From contig CALVFI010000007.1 of assembly GCA_944326815.1 (NCBI GenBank), forward strand, positions 22,205 through 86,204: 64,000 nt of DNA, read 5' to 3'. Of this stretch, positions 37,043-46,414 are shown piece by piece (the first letter of the stretch is position 1; each line of letters starts with the position of its first letter). The position numbers and the translations under genes are program-made. The DNA is from an uncultured Rikenellaceae bacterium. Lineage in GTDB: Bacteria > Bacteroidota > Bacteroidia > Bacteroidales > Rikenellaceae. Below the pieces are notes generated by a model, which saw only the letters and a program-made list of their open reading frames with translations, did not search any database and was not told where the DNA came from.

Positions 37043-37160
37043 CTCTGCCGTTTTCTTTCGTCTCAATAAACACCCAAAATTCACAATAATTTTCGGTTTT
37101 ACGAAAAAAAGAGCCCTGAAACCTAAAATTATTATTCCGTCACGTCACTCCGTAAAAGCA

Positions 37161-37189
37161 AATCCGCCCCGATGAGTACGAGGCGGATT
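37161..37189 (-). terminator. terminator hairpin after ahcY
   Basis: AATCCGCC / GGCGGATT stem, followed on the minus strand by TGCTTTTA. Confidence 0.5.
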
Positions 37190-37215
37190 GACAGTTCTTT
37201 TGAAGATACCGGATT

Positions 37216-38634
37216 CTAATAACGGTAATGGTCGGCTTTGTAAGGGCCCTCCACGCTTACACCGATATAATCGGCCTGTTTGGGGGTCAGTTGGGTGAGC
37301 TTCACTCCGATATTGGCCAAGTGTAAACGAGCCACCTCTTCGTCGAGATGTTTCGGGAGGCGATAGACATCCACCGCCATCTTGCCGCGATTCTCCCACA
37401 GTTCCATCTGCGCAAGACACTGGTTGGTGAACGAGTTGCTCATAACGAAAGAGGGGTGCCCCGTCGCACAACCGAGGTTCACCAGACGCCCTTCGGCCAG
37501 CACAAAGATCGAATGCCCATCGGGGAAGGTATACTTATCTACCTGCGGTTTAATCGTCGTCTTCACCACGCCCGGACACTCATCCAAACGGGCCATCTGA
37601 ATCTCATTGTCAAAATGGCCTATGTTGCAGACAATCGCCTGATCGCGCATCCCCTGCATATGTTCGAGCGTAATGATATCGCAGTTCCCGGTGCAAGTCA
37701 CAAAGATGTTGCCCTCGTCGAGCGCATCCTCCACGGTCTTCACCTCGAAGCCCTCCATCGCTGCCTGCAATGCGCAGATCGGATCGATCTCGGTAACGAT
37801 CACCCGGGCCCCATAGGAACGCATACTCTTGGCGCAACCCTTGCCCACATCGCCATATCCGCATACAACGACCACCTTGCCGGCAATCATCACATCGGTG
37901 GCACGCTTGATGCCGTCGGCCAACGACTCCCGACAGCCGTACAGGTTGTCGAACTTGCTTTTGGTCACACTGTCGTTCACATTGATCGCCGGTACGAGCA
38001 ACTCGCCGCGCTCTTTCATCTGATATAAACGATGGACACCCGTCGTCGTCTCCTCCGAGACACCTTTCCAATCAGCCACCGTATTGTGCCACTTCCCGGG
38101 CTCCTCCTGCAGAATCGTACGCAGCGTCTGCAGAATCACCGCCTCTTCATGGCTGCCAGGGGTGACATCAAGCGTCTTGGCATCATTCTCCGCCGCATAT
38201 CCCTTATGGATCAGCAACGTCGCATCGCCACCATCGTCCACGATCAGATTCGGGCCTTTGCCACCCGGAAACGAGAGGGCCATGGCCGTACACCACCAAT
38301 ACTCCTCGAGGCTCTCGCCTTTCCAGGCGAATACCGGGACACCGGCTGCAGCAATGGCTGCCGCTGCATGATCTTGCGTCGAAAAGATGTTGCAACTGCA
38401 CCAGCGCACCTCGGCACCCAATTCTACGAGGGTCTCGATCAGTACGGCAGTCTGTATCGTCATGTGGAGCGAGCCCATCACACGCGCCCCCTTGAGCGGT
38501 TTCTGCGGGCCGTATTTCTTACGGATGGCCATCAATCCGGGCATCTCGTGCTCCGAAATCTCAATCTCTTTACGTCCCCAATCGGCCAGCGCGATGTCCG
38601 CCACCTTGTAGGGCATGGTCGTATCAATAAACAT
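37216..38634 (-). CDS. ahcY: adenosylhomocysteinase
   Basis: 472 aa with [16 protein letters not shown] and NAD motif [15 protein letters not shown] 38616 is an alternative start. Confidence 0.92.
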   Translation of the reverse strand: MFIDTTMPYKVADIALADWGRKEIEISEHEMPGLMAIRKKYGPQKPLKGARVMGSLHMTIQTAVLIETLVELGAEVRWCSCNIFSTQDHAAAAIAAAGVPVFAWKGESLEEYWWCTAMALSFPGGKGPNLIVDDGGDATLLIHKGYAAENDAKTLDVTPGSHEEAVILQTLRTILQEEPGKWHNTVADWKGVSEETTTGVHRLYQMKERGELLVPAINVNDSVTKSKFDNLYGCRESLADGIKRATDVMIAGKVVVVCGYGDVGKGCAKSMRSYGARVIVTEIDPICALQAAMEGFEVKTVEDALDEGNIFVTCTGNCDIITLEHMQGMRDQAIVCNIGHFDNEIQMARLDECPGVVKTTIKPQVDKYTFPDGHSIFVLAEGRLVNLGCATGHPSFVMSNSFTNQCLAQMELWENRGKMAVDVYRLPKHLDEEVARLHLANIGVKLTQLTPKQADYIGVSVEGPYKADHYRY

Positions 38635-38636
38635 AG

Positions 38637-39011
38637 CTATCGTGTTTTAAAATATTCCGTGATGATGCGGCGATCCTCGGCAAGCCAGGCACGCAAGGCA
38701 TCGAAGGAGGTCATCGTCTCCTCTCCACGCATGAATTCGAGCAACCGGATCTCGATCGTCTTACCATAAAGATCTCCTTCAAAGTCAAAAAGATTGATCT
38801 CCAGGACACGCTTCCCGTCGCCACCCACCGATGGTTTATGCCCCAGATAGGCCATACCGTCATACTGCACACCTTCAACGACGGCCTGTGCGGCATAGAC
38901 ACCGTCTTTCATTGGCCACGACGGATCTACGGCAATGTTGGCTGTCGGAAAGCCCAACCGTCGTCCGAATTTATTGCCGCCAATAACGACTCCTGATATC
39001 TTCTCTTCCAT
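38637..39011 (-). CDS. monofunctional riboflavin kinase domain protein
   Basis: 124 aa with [11 protein letters not shown] and [13 protein letters not shown], matching the RibF C-terminal domain only. It ends 2 nt before the ahcY start. Confidence 0.75.
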   Translation of the reverse strand: MEEKISGVVIGGNKFGRRLGFPTANIAVDPSWPMKDGVYAAQAVVEGVQYDGMAYLGHKPSVGGDGKRVLEINLFDFEGDLYGKTIEIRLLEFMRGEETMTSFDALRAWLAEDRRIITEYFKTR

Positions 39012-39030
39012 CTTCTATCGAATTTCGCGG

Positions 39031-39038
39031 CAAATGTA
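39031..39038 (-). promoter_or_regulatory. -7 promoter box (TACATTTG on the minus strand) for the riboflavin kinase-ahcY pair
   Basis: Matches TAnnTTTG, 19 nt upstream of ATG 39011. Confidence 0.4.
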
Positions 39039-39099
39039 CGAAGAAATCCCGGAATCCGTACGTATTCCCAACTCCTTTTGTATACGAATACAAATCTCT

Positions 39100-40038
39100 C
39101 TACGCTCCGAAATCGAACAATGGCGTAGAGAGATAACGCTCGCCCGTATCGGGAAGCAACACGACAATCGTCTTGCCGGCATTTTCCGCTCTGCAGGCCA
39201 GCTCCATGGCAGCAAAGGCAGCGGCACCGGCCGATATCCCGACCAGAACTCCCTCCGTACGAGCCAATTCATGTGCCGTATCGAACGCCTGCTCGGTGGT
39301 CACCTTGAAAATTTCATCCACAACAGCCGGATCAAAGTTCTCCGGAACAAATCCGGCACCGATTCCCTGCAACTTATGCGGCCCGGGCTGCCCACCCGAA
39401 AGCACGGGAGAGTCGGAGGGCTCCACAGCCACAACGCGCACCGAGGGCTTCAAAACCTTCAATTTACGCCCCACACCGGAAACCGTCCCTCCTGTACCAA
39501 CTCCGGCCACAAACATATCGACACCTCCGTCCGTATCATGCCAAATTTCCATGGCAGTGGTCCGTTCATGTATCGCCGGATTGGCCGGATTAACAAATTG
39601 CCCGGGGATGAGGCTTCCCTCAATCTCCCTATGCAGTTGTTCCGCCCGGGCAATGGCACCCGACATACCCTCGGCACCCGGCGTCAGCACCAACTCGGCA
39701 CCCAACGCCTGTAAAATCCGACGACGTTCAAGACTCATCGTCTCGGGCATCGTCAGAATCAACCGATAGCCCCGTGCCGCTGCCACCATCGCCAAACCGA
39801 TACCAGTGTTCCCGCTGGTCGGCTCAATCAATGTCCCCCCGGGCTGCAGAACTCCCTGTTTTTCGGCATCTTCCACCATGGCCAAAGCAACGCGGTCTTT
39901 AACACTCCCTGCCGGATTGAAATATTCGAGTTTCGCAACCAATCGCGCAACCAAACCATGTTGCCGGGCATAATTGGACAGTTCCAAAAGCGGTGTACCT
40001 CCCACCAAATCCGTGAGACTTCGAGCAATCTTTGTCAT
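39100..40038 (-). CDS. cysK: cysteine synthase A (O-acetylserine sulfhydrylase)
   Basis: 312 aa with NPAGSVKDR (PLP lysine) and [10 protein letters not shown]. Confidence 0.9.
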   Translation of the reverse strand: MTKIARSLTDLVGGTPLLELSNYARQHGLVARLVAKLEYFNPAGSVKDRVALAMVEDAEKQGVLQPGGTLIEPTSGNTGIGLAMVAAARGYRLILTMPETMSLERRRILQALGAELVLTPGAEGMSGAIARAEQLHREIEGSLIPGQFVNPANPAIHERTTAMEIWHDTDGGVDMFVAGVGTGGTVSGVGRKLKVLKPSVRVVAVEPSDSPVLSGGQPGPHKLQGIGAGFVPENFDPAVVDEIFKVTTEQAFDTAHELARTEGVLVGISAGAAAFAAMELACRAENAGKTIVVLLPDTGERYLSTPLFDFGA

Positions 40039-40128
40039 AGCTGTATCTATTTTCCTTTAAATTCTATTCTTCGGGTTAAAATTAAAAACATATTCCGTAC
40101 CGTGAAAATGAAAACAAAAAATTATTGT

Positions 40129-40136
40129 TACATTTG
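40129..40136 (+). promoter_or_regulatory. -7 promoter box (TACATTTG) for the MerR-family gene
   Basis: Matches TAnnTTTG, 42 nt upstream of ATG 40179. Confidence 0.4.
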
Positions 40137-40178
40137 TCCCTATAGACATCTGACTTTTCAAGCCGTTACAGAAGCATT

Positions 40179-40898
40179 ATGGATACGATCTCCCACAAAA
40201 AAGGCAAAATATACTACTCGATGGGCGAGGTTTCGGAGATGTTCGACGTCAATCCGTCACTGATCCGGTTCTGGGAACAGAAATTCGACATCCTCAAGCC
40301 TCACAAAAACAAAAAAGGCAACCGCATGTTCACCCCCGAAGATGTGGACAACCTAAAACTGATCTACCATCTGGTCAAGGAGAAGGGCATGACTCTTGCG
40401 GGAGCACAGAAACGCATTAAGGACAACAAGGAGGGGGCACAACGCGACATGGAGGTGATCGACCGGCTGCTGGCCATCAAAGCGCTCCTGCTGGAGATCC
40501 GTCAGGAGCTCAAGGTCGGCGGCGAGGAGCTGATCCGGGAAGACGAGTACGAGGAGCCAGCTATCCCCGGGCACCAAGTCGCAGAAACAACGGCAGAAGA
40601 CGCGTCCCAAGAGGTGGAACAGACGGCAGCGACGGATATTGCAACCGATTCCGCAAGCACGGTCAGCGTACCGGCTTCTCAACAGGAATCCACTCAGGAG
40701 CCGATTGAGGAGCAACTGTCCCATACCGAACAGATGCTCTTCGAGGTGGAGCAGACCAGCGTCCCGGCATCTACGGAGTCCTCAGGTGCTCGGTCCGAAG
40801 AACAAAAGCCCGTGGCCGAAGAGTCGCAAGCAGAGCAAACAACAGTGCAACCCGAAGCCCCACAAAAACCACGCATCTACGAACAAACCCTGTTTTAA
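40179..40898 (+). CDS. MerR-family transcriptional regulator with a long acidic low-complexity tail
   Basis: The HTH region is YYSMGEVSEMFDVNPSLIRFWEQKF...NRMFTPEDV. Residues from about 111 to 239 are E/Q/T/S/A-rich. Confidence 0.75.
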   Translation: MDTISHKKGKIYYSMGEVSEMFDVNPSLIRFWEQKFDILKPHKNKKGNRMFTPEDVDNLKLIYHLVKEKGMTLAGAQKRIKDNKEGAQRDMEVIDRLLAIKALLLEIRQELKVGGEELIREDEYEEPAIPGHQVAETTAEDASQEVEQTAATDIATDSASTVSVPASQQESTQEPIEEQLSHTEQMLFEVEQTSVPASTESSGARSEEQKPVAEESQAEQTTVQPEAPQKPRIYEQTLF

Positions 40899-40945
40899 CC
40901 ACCAAGCCGCTCCGCTTCAGGAGCAAGATAAAAACAGCCAGCAAC

Positions 40946-41740
40946 ATGAAAGTCGCCGACATCGCCAAAGCCATCGAAGAACAAGTCCCTTTGTGTCTGC
41001 AGGAGAGCTATGACAATGCGGGTCTTCTGGTCGGCCATCCCGACGACGAGGTCCACGCAGCACTGCTCTGCGTGGATGTCACCGAAGAGGTAATGGATGA
41101 GGCGGAAGCACGGGGCGTCGACATGGTCGTATCACACCATCCGATCATTTTTCACGGCATAAAGCGTCTGACCGGCCGTACCTACATCGAGAAAGTGGTC
41201 GAACGCGCCATACGCAACGGCATTGCGCTGTATGCCTGCCACACCAATCTCGACTCGGTTGCGGGAGGCATGAGTTGGCGGGTCGGTGAGATGCTGGGAC
41301 TGCAACAGATGGAATTGTTAGAGGCTACACGACCAGCAGACCCAGGCGTAGGATTCGGCGTAATCGGCACGCTGCCGGAAGCCGTTGCGACCAGAGAGTT
41401 CCTGCGCCAGGTACAACAACGCCTGCAGGTACAAGTGGTACGCCACAGCGACCTGCACAGCGACACGGTACAGCGCATCGCCCTCTGCACAGGGGCCGGA
41501 GCCTCCCTGATCCAGACGGCGCACTCTGCCGGAGCCGATCTCTACATTGCAGCGGACTTCAAATACAATGACTTTCTGGATGCCCGAGGACTGTTGACTG
41601 TGGCCGATATCGGTCATTTCGAGAGCGAATATTGTGCAATCGACCTTTTATTTGATATTATTAGAAAAAAATTCGCTACTTTTGCACTCCATAAAAGCCA
41701 AAACGCGCGTAACCCGATCAATTACCTAGTAGAAGAGTAA
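40946..41740 (+). CDS. Nif3-like dinuclear metal centre protein
   Basis: 264 aa with SYDNAGLLVG, VVSHHPIIF and HFESE, typical of the Nif3/YbgI family. Confidence 0.85.
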   Translation: MKVADIAKAIEEQVPLCLQESYDNAGLLVGHPDDEVHAALLCVDVTEEVMDEAEARGVDMVVSHHPIIFHGIKRLTGRTYIEKVVERAIRNGIALYACHTNLDSVAGGMSWRVGEMLGLQQMELLEATRPADPGVGFGVIGTLPEAVATREFLRQVQQRLQVQVVRHSDLHSDTVQRIALCTGAGASLIQTAHSAGADLYIAADFKYNDFLDARGLLTVADIGHFESEYCAIDLLFDIIRKKFATFALHKSQNARNPINYLVEE

Positions 41741-41745
41741 AAAAT

Positions 41746-42516
41746 ATGGCACCAGCAAACAAGAAAACGGCCGACAGCGTCGATTACTCCATCGAGGAAA
41801 AGATTGCCGCCCTGTACAATCTTCAGAAGATCGACTCGAAAATCGATGAGATCAACAAACTCAAGGGGGAACTGCCACTCGAAGTACAGGACCTCGAGGA
41901 TGAGGTGACCGGCTTGCAAACCCGGATTGAAAACATCAGCAGGGAGATCGACGAGCTCGGCCAAATGACCAAACAGCGCAAAGAGGAGATCGAGCAGTCG
42001 AAAGCCCTGATCGCCAAATACGAAGAGCAGCAAAGAAATGTACGCAACAATCGTGAGTTCGATTCTCTCTCCAAGGAGATTGAATATCAGCAACTCGAGA
42101 TTGAACTCTGCGAAAAACGCCTCAAAGAGTACAGCGGCGAAATCAAAGCCAAAAAGAAACTGGTAGAAGATGCCGAAGCCTCAATGGCAGACCGCAAAAT
42201 CGATCTTGACAACAAGAAAAAGGAGCTCGACAGTATCGATCAAGAGACTGCCAAAGAGATGGAGGCCTTGCGTGCCGAAGAGGCCAAAGCTCAGGCCAAA
42301 ATCGACGAACGCCTGATTACCGCCTACAAACGCATCCGCAATAATGTACGCAACGGGTTGGCTGTTGTCACCGTAAAACGTGATGCCTGCGGTGGTTGCT
42401 ATAACCGAATTCCGCCACAGCGTCAGTTCGAGATCCGGCAGAGCAAGAAAATCATCGTATGCGAATACTGCGGTCGTATTCTTGTATCCGATCAACTTGA
42501 AGAGGAACAAGCATAA
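41746..42516 (+). CDS. coiled-coil / C4 zinc-ribbon protein (COG1579-like, usual Nif3 neighbour)
   Basis: 256 aa. A long heptad-like region is followed by ACGGCYNRIPPQ...VCEYCGRIL. Confidence 0.7.
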   Translation: MAPANKKTADSVDYSIEEKIAALYNLQKIDSKIDEINKLKGELPLEVQDLEDEVTGLQTRIENISREIDELGQMTKQRKEEIEQSKALIAKYEEQQRNVRNNREFDSLSKEIEYQQLEIELCEKRLKEYSGEIKAKKKLVEDAEASMADRKIDLDNKKKELDSIDQETAKEMEALRAEEAKAQAKIDERLITAYKRIRNNVRNGLAVVTVKRDACGGCYNRIPPQRQFEIRQSKKIIVCEYCGRILVSDQLEEEQA

Positions 42517-42559
42517 GTTCTCGGCAGCAGCATTTCGGAGTCGAACAGCATTTTGATTC

Positions 42560-42598
42560 AGAGAGGATTATTCGATTGAGAATAGTCCTCTCTTTTTC
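42560..42598 (+). terminator. rho-independent terminator after the zinc-ribbon gene
   Basis: 14-bp stem AGAGAGGATTATTC / GAATAGTCCTCTCT (one G-T pair), then TTTT. Confidence 0.65.
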
Positions 42599-42862
42599 TA
42601 AAACAATCTACGATCGACTTGGCATGCAACATTTCTGTTCCAATCTGCATCTATTTTATAGATATTAATTAATGTGTACCCGTCGCACAAAACCGTATAT
42701 GATATGTTCCCTGATGGTCCACACCATATATCGAAACAAAGAAAGGGCTAAAAACATCCGTTTTGGCATAATATTTGAATAAATGATCCATGACAAAAGT
42801 AAAAGAACCCGAAACATGATATATTTTTGGAAAATGATTTTGGATTTATAAAAACTAAATAT

Positions 42863-42870
42863 TACTTTTG
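42863..42870 (+). promoter_or_regulatory. -7 promoter box (TACTTTTG) for the sigma-factor gene
   Basis: Matches TAnnTTTG, 88 nt upstream of ATG 42959. Confidence 0.3.
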
Positions 42871-42958
42871 TTAGTTGACACACAAAATAAGTACAAAACT
42901 CTAAAAAAGATTGCCTATCGAAAAAATCTACTCAAAACCAAACCATTAGGAGTAGAAT

Positions 42959-43543
42959 ATGAACTTGAAAGCATTAAGCGACCAGGAGCTGCTTAATACC
43001 TATCTTGCAGGCAATGAAAGTGCTATATCCGTATTAATTGATCGGCATCGGAAACGCATTTCCGATTACATCTATATGATGGTAAAAAGCCGGGACGTAG
43101 CGGATGACATTTTCCAGGAGACCTTTATCAAGGTGATTCGATTCCTCGGAGAAGGACGATACACAGAGAGCGGGCGTTTTCTGTCGTGGGTGTTGCGTAT
43201 TGCACACAATCAGGTGATCGACCATTTCCGTCAACAGAAGATGCAAAATAATGTAACGGAAACAGATGCCGGTTATGACATTCTCAATTGTCGGAAATTC
43301 TCCGACCATACGATCGAAGACCGTTTGGTCACCGAGCAAATCGAAAGCGACATACGAAAACTGGTGGACCATCTGCCTGAAGAGCAAAAAGAGGTAGTGA
43401 TGATGCGATATTACAGTAATCTCAGTTTCAAGGAGATCGCAGAGCAGACCAATGTCAGCATCAACACGGCGCTGGGTCGTATGCGCTATGCGCTCATCAA
43501 CCTGCGAAAAATGATTCAGGAAAAACAACTTATTTTGAGTTAG
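42959..43543 (+). CDS. sigma-70-family RNA polymerase sigma factor (group 4 / ECF-type)
   Basis: 194 aa. Region 2 carries DIFQETFIKV and WVLRIAHNQVIDHFR. Region 4 carries LSFKEIAEQTNVSINTALGRMRYA. Confidence 0.85.
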   Translation: MNLKALSDQELLNTYLAGNESAISVLIDRHRKRISDYIYMMVKSRDVADDIFQETFIKVIRFLGEGRYTESGRFLSWVLRIAHNQVIDHFRQQKMQNNVTETDAGYDILNCRKFSDHTIEDRLVTEQIESDIRKLVDHLPEEQKEVVMMRYYSNLSFKEIAEQTNVSINTALGRMRYALINLRKMIQEKQLILS

Positions 43544-43603
43544 CAGACAATATTTCGACAAGCAGGGCGTTTTGTTAATAAACCGAAAAACAGACGGCTG
43601 CCT

Positions 43604-43738
43604 ATGGACGAAATGGACATTTATTCGGAGACGAACGGTATCGATCAGGAGGAAGAACTATTTCTAAACTTCGTCGTTCAGGGAGACCACGAGTTGCTCT
43701 ATCTGGACACCTGCCTTCGGGAGATTCTGGGAAGATAA
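43604..43738 (+). CDS. candidate small acidic protein (44 aa), below the ORF-track cutoff
   Basis: My translation gives MDEMDIYSETNGIDQEEELFLNFVVQGDHELLYLDTCLREILGR. It starts 60 nt after the sigma-factor stop and ends 18 nt before a strong terminator, so it lies within the sigma-factor transcript. I have no homology evidence. Confidence 0.3.
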   Translation: MDEMDIYSETNGIDQEEELFLNFVVQGDHELLYLDTCLREILGR

Positions 43739-43756
43739 CGGTACCGAACCATGAGG

Positions 43757-43791
43757 GGAAGCACCATATAATACATGGTGCTTCCTTTTTT
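43757..43791 (+). terminator. rho-independent terminator closing the sigma-factor transcript
   Basis: 11-bp stem GGAAGCACCAT / ATGGTGCTTCC with a 7-nt loop, then TTTTTT. Confidence 0.8.
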
Positions 43792-43826
43792 ATTCCGTAT
43801 CTTTCGCACGCAAAAGTCGCTGCATC

Positions 43827-46397
43827 ATGAACCGAGCAAACAAGATAGGAAAAGGCGAACGCCCCGTAAAATTCAAAATCGCATCGGGCTATGTGATTCT
43901 GTTGGCTGCAGCCATTCTTTCGGCAAAATACATCTACAAAGAGATGACCCACGTCTCGTCGCTGGAGAACTACGAATCGCAACTCTACACCAAATACAGT
44001 TTCATCAGCCGAACACTCTACCACCTCAACCAGGTGGAAAATTACGGGCAACTCATTCTGGCCGGTTACATATCGTATGATGCCCCCTACAAAAAAGAGA
44101 TGGATGTCGTACGCAGCTACATCGACTCTCTGCGGCTGTTGGCCATCGAATCGGCCGATTCGATGCAGAGCGAGCGAATAGACAGCATCGGAGGCCTGCT
44201 GACGATGAAAGAGCAGAATATCCTCAACCTACGCAATACGATTCACGCCGCTACCACGACACAACTCTACAATAAGGATATCGACAGCCTGCTATCGACG
44301 GCGATTCTGCCGTCAGACATGACACTCACCGCCGACACCACCCTTCTATCACCCACCGAAGAGCAAATCGTCACCCAATACGACACCATCGTCACAACAC
44401 GAAAAAATCGTCCCGGTTTCTTTCGCCGGTTGGCTCAGGCATTCTCTTCCGAACAAAAAGACTCCACAATCGTCATCAACACCCGAATCGAGCAAATTCA
44501 GGTTCAAACGCCCCCTCCTCCCGCATTCTCCCTCGACACGATTACCACCCTGCTGCGTGACCTGCAAGGGAGCGTAAACACCCGCAGTCAGGAGATTTAC
44601 GACAAAGCTTGGAAAACCGGAAATCGGTTACGCCACAGCAATCAACTCATCACAGAAAAAATCAGCCATCTACTGTTTGACTTCGAACGAGAATGGACCC
44701 AATACATGCTGACCCGCATGGAGAGCCAACGTGCGGTTTCTCAACATGCGATCCAGGTCTTAGGAGGCGTGGCATTCCTCAGCATTATGCTGACGTTGAT
44801 CTTTCTATTTATCATCTGGCGTGATATCGACCGAAGCAACCGCCAGAAACGCGAACTGGAAGCCGCCAACCGTTATACGGAAGAGTTGCTCAAAATCCGG
44901 GAGAATCTGATGCTCACCATCACTCATGACATCAAAGCCCCATTGAGTTCGATCATGGGTTACATCGATCTGCTTAGCCGCTTGACTAAGGATAAGCGCG
45001 AGGCGGCCTATCTCTCCAACATGAATCTTTCGGCACACCATCTGTTGCGACTGGTCAACGACTTGCTGGATTTCCATCGGCTCGACTCCAACAAGATGGA
45101 AGTGAATCGGGTTACATTCCACCCTGCGACGCTCTTTACCCATCTGCTGGACAGTTTTCGCCCCGTCATAGAAAAAAAAGGGATCGTCCTACACAATCAA
45201 ATCGCCGCGGAACTCAACCGAGAGATGGTCAGTGACCCGCTTCGCATCCGTCAGGTTGCAGAGAACCTGCTTTCCAATGCCGTTAAATTCACAGACCATG
45301 GAGAGATTCACTTTATCGCCTCGACAGACAAAACGGGGCGACAACTTCGCTTTACGGTAGAGGATACGGGGCGTGGCATCGCCCAAGAGGAGCAGGAAAA
45401 AATCTACCGGGAGTTCACACGTCTACCTTCGGCGCAAGGGGTCGAAGGATTCGGACTCGGCCTCTCCATCACCCGCAAACTGATACATCTGCTCGGAGGC
45501 TCGATTACCCTCGACAGTACCCCGGGGAAAGGCTCCGCGTTCCATGTCACCCTTCCCATTGAACCAGCCCCCGAAAGAAAGAGTCCTTCCCTGCCGGATC
45601 AGGCCACAAAGGCTGCAGGGGCCGATCTATCGGGAATCCGATGCCTGATAATCGATGACGACCGGTTCCAACTGGAAATCACACAAGCGATGTGCCGACA
45701 ACTGGGCTTCACAGCCGACTGTTGTCAGCATCCCGCAGAATTGGACGAACGGCTCCTGTCCATCGGCCAATACCAAGCCATTCTGACCGATATCCAGATG
45801 CCGGCCATGAGTGGATTCGACGTTTTACACCGCATCCGAGCCATGCAGGGCGGAGAAAAGATACCGGTCATCGCCGTCACAGCACGTAGCGACAACAGTC
45901 AGGAGGATTTTCAGCAGGCAGGTTTTTCGGCCGTACTCACCAAACCCTTTTCCAAAACAGAGCTGACCGACTGTCTTCGCTCCGTCATTCCAGACCGGTC
46001 CATTGCCGACGCTGGCGAAAAGACCGACGTTGGCGAAGAGAACGCCTCCCAAGCGATTGAGAGCACTTCTCGCTTTGCTGCTTTGACTGCATTTGCCGGA
46101 GAAGACCAGGAGGCCGCAACCGAGATTCTCCGCTCCTTTGTCTCCGAAGGGCGGATCAACCTGCAACGTCTCCGTACGGCATCCACACAACACAATGCTG
46201 CCGAGTTACGGGCCGTAGCCCATAAAATGCTCCCCATCTACCGACTGCTCCAGGCAGAACGCATCGTCATACTGCTCTCATCGCTCGAGCAAACCTCCGA
46301 GACCATCTCTCCGGAGATACTGTCGCAGGCTGAAGAGGCAGCGGCAGCGATTGAACACTGCATCGAAAATGCAGAAAACGAACTATCTTTGTCCTAA
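43827..46397 (+). CDS. hybrid sensor histidine kinase / response regulator with C-terminal HPt-like domain
   Basis: 856 aa. Two TM segments flank a sensor region of about 270 aa. H-box ITHDIKAPLSSIMGY; ATPase boxes LLSNAVKFT, EDTGRGI and GFGLGLSI; receiver LIIDDDRF...LTDIQMPAMSGFD...TKPF; HPt-like AHKMLPIY. Confidence 0.85.
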   Translation: MNRANKIGKGERPVKFKIASGYVILLAAAILSAKYIYKEMTHVSSLENYESQLYTKYSFISRTLYHLNQVENYGQLILAGYISYDAPYKKEMDVVRSYIDSLRLLAIESADSMQSERIDSIGGLLTMKEQNILNLRNTIHAATTTQLYNKDIDSLLSTAILPSDMTLTADTTLLSPTEEQIVTQYDTIVTTRKNRPGFFRRLAQAFSSEQKDSTIVINTRIEQIQVQTPPPPAFSLDTITTLLRDLQGSVNTRSQEIYDKAWKTGNRLRHSNQLITEKISHLLFDFEREWTQYMLTRMESQRAVSQHAIQVLGGVAFLSIMLTLIFLFIIWRDIDRSNRQKRELEAANRYTEELLKIRENLMLTITHDIKAPLSSIMGYIDLLSRLTKDKREAAYLSNMNLSAHHLLRLVNDLLDFHRLDSNKMEVNRVTFHPATLFTHLLDSFRPVIEKKGIVLHNQIAAELNREMVSDPLRIRQVAENLLSNAVKFTDHGEIHFIASTDKTGRQLRFTVEDTGRGIAQEEQEKIYREFTRLPSAQGVEGFGLGLSITRKLIHLLGGSITLDSTPGKGSAFHVTLPIEPAPERKSPSLPDQATKAAGADLSGIRCLIIDDDRFQLEITQAMCRQLGFTADCCQHPAELDERLLSIGQYQAILTDIQMPAMSGFDVLHRIRAMQGGEKIPVIAVTARSDNSQEDFQQAGFSAVLTKPFSKTELTDCLRSVIPDRSIADAGEKTDVGEENASQAIESTSRFAALTAFAGEDQEAATEILRSFVSEGRINLQRLRTASTQHNAAELRAVAHKMLPIYRLLQAERIVILLSSLEQTSETISPEILSQAEEAAAAIEHCIENAENELSLS

Positions 46398-46414
46398 CCT
46401 GAAGAATTGAAACA

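Noticed and set aside
39012-39099. Possible SAM/SAH-type riboswitch ahead of the riboflavin kinase-ahcY pair.
   Set aside because: Only about 20 nt separate the -7 box from the ATG, which is too short for an aptamer. The TTTGTAT/ATACAAA hairpin fits a weak cysK terminator.
42665-42883. 72-aa minus-strand ORF in the AT-rich spacer before the sigma-factor gene.
   Set aside because: Its composition reflects AT-rich DNA (rich in I/F/Y/K/M). There is no promoter box or terminator, and it overlaps the likely sigma-factor promoter.
43602-44051. 149-aa minus-strand ORF overlapping the small ORF, the terminator and the kinase start.
   Set aside because: It runs antisense through a strong terminator hairpin and the 5' end of a well-supported kinase gene. 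It has no motifs.
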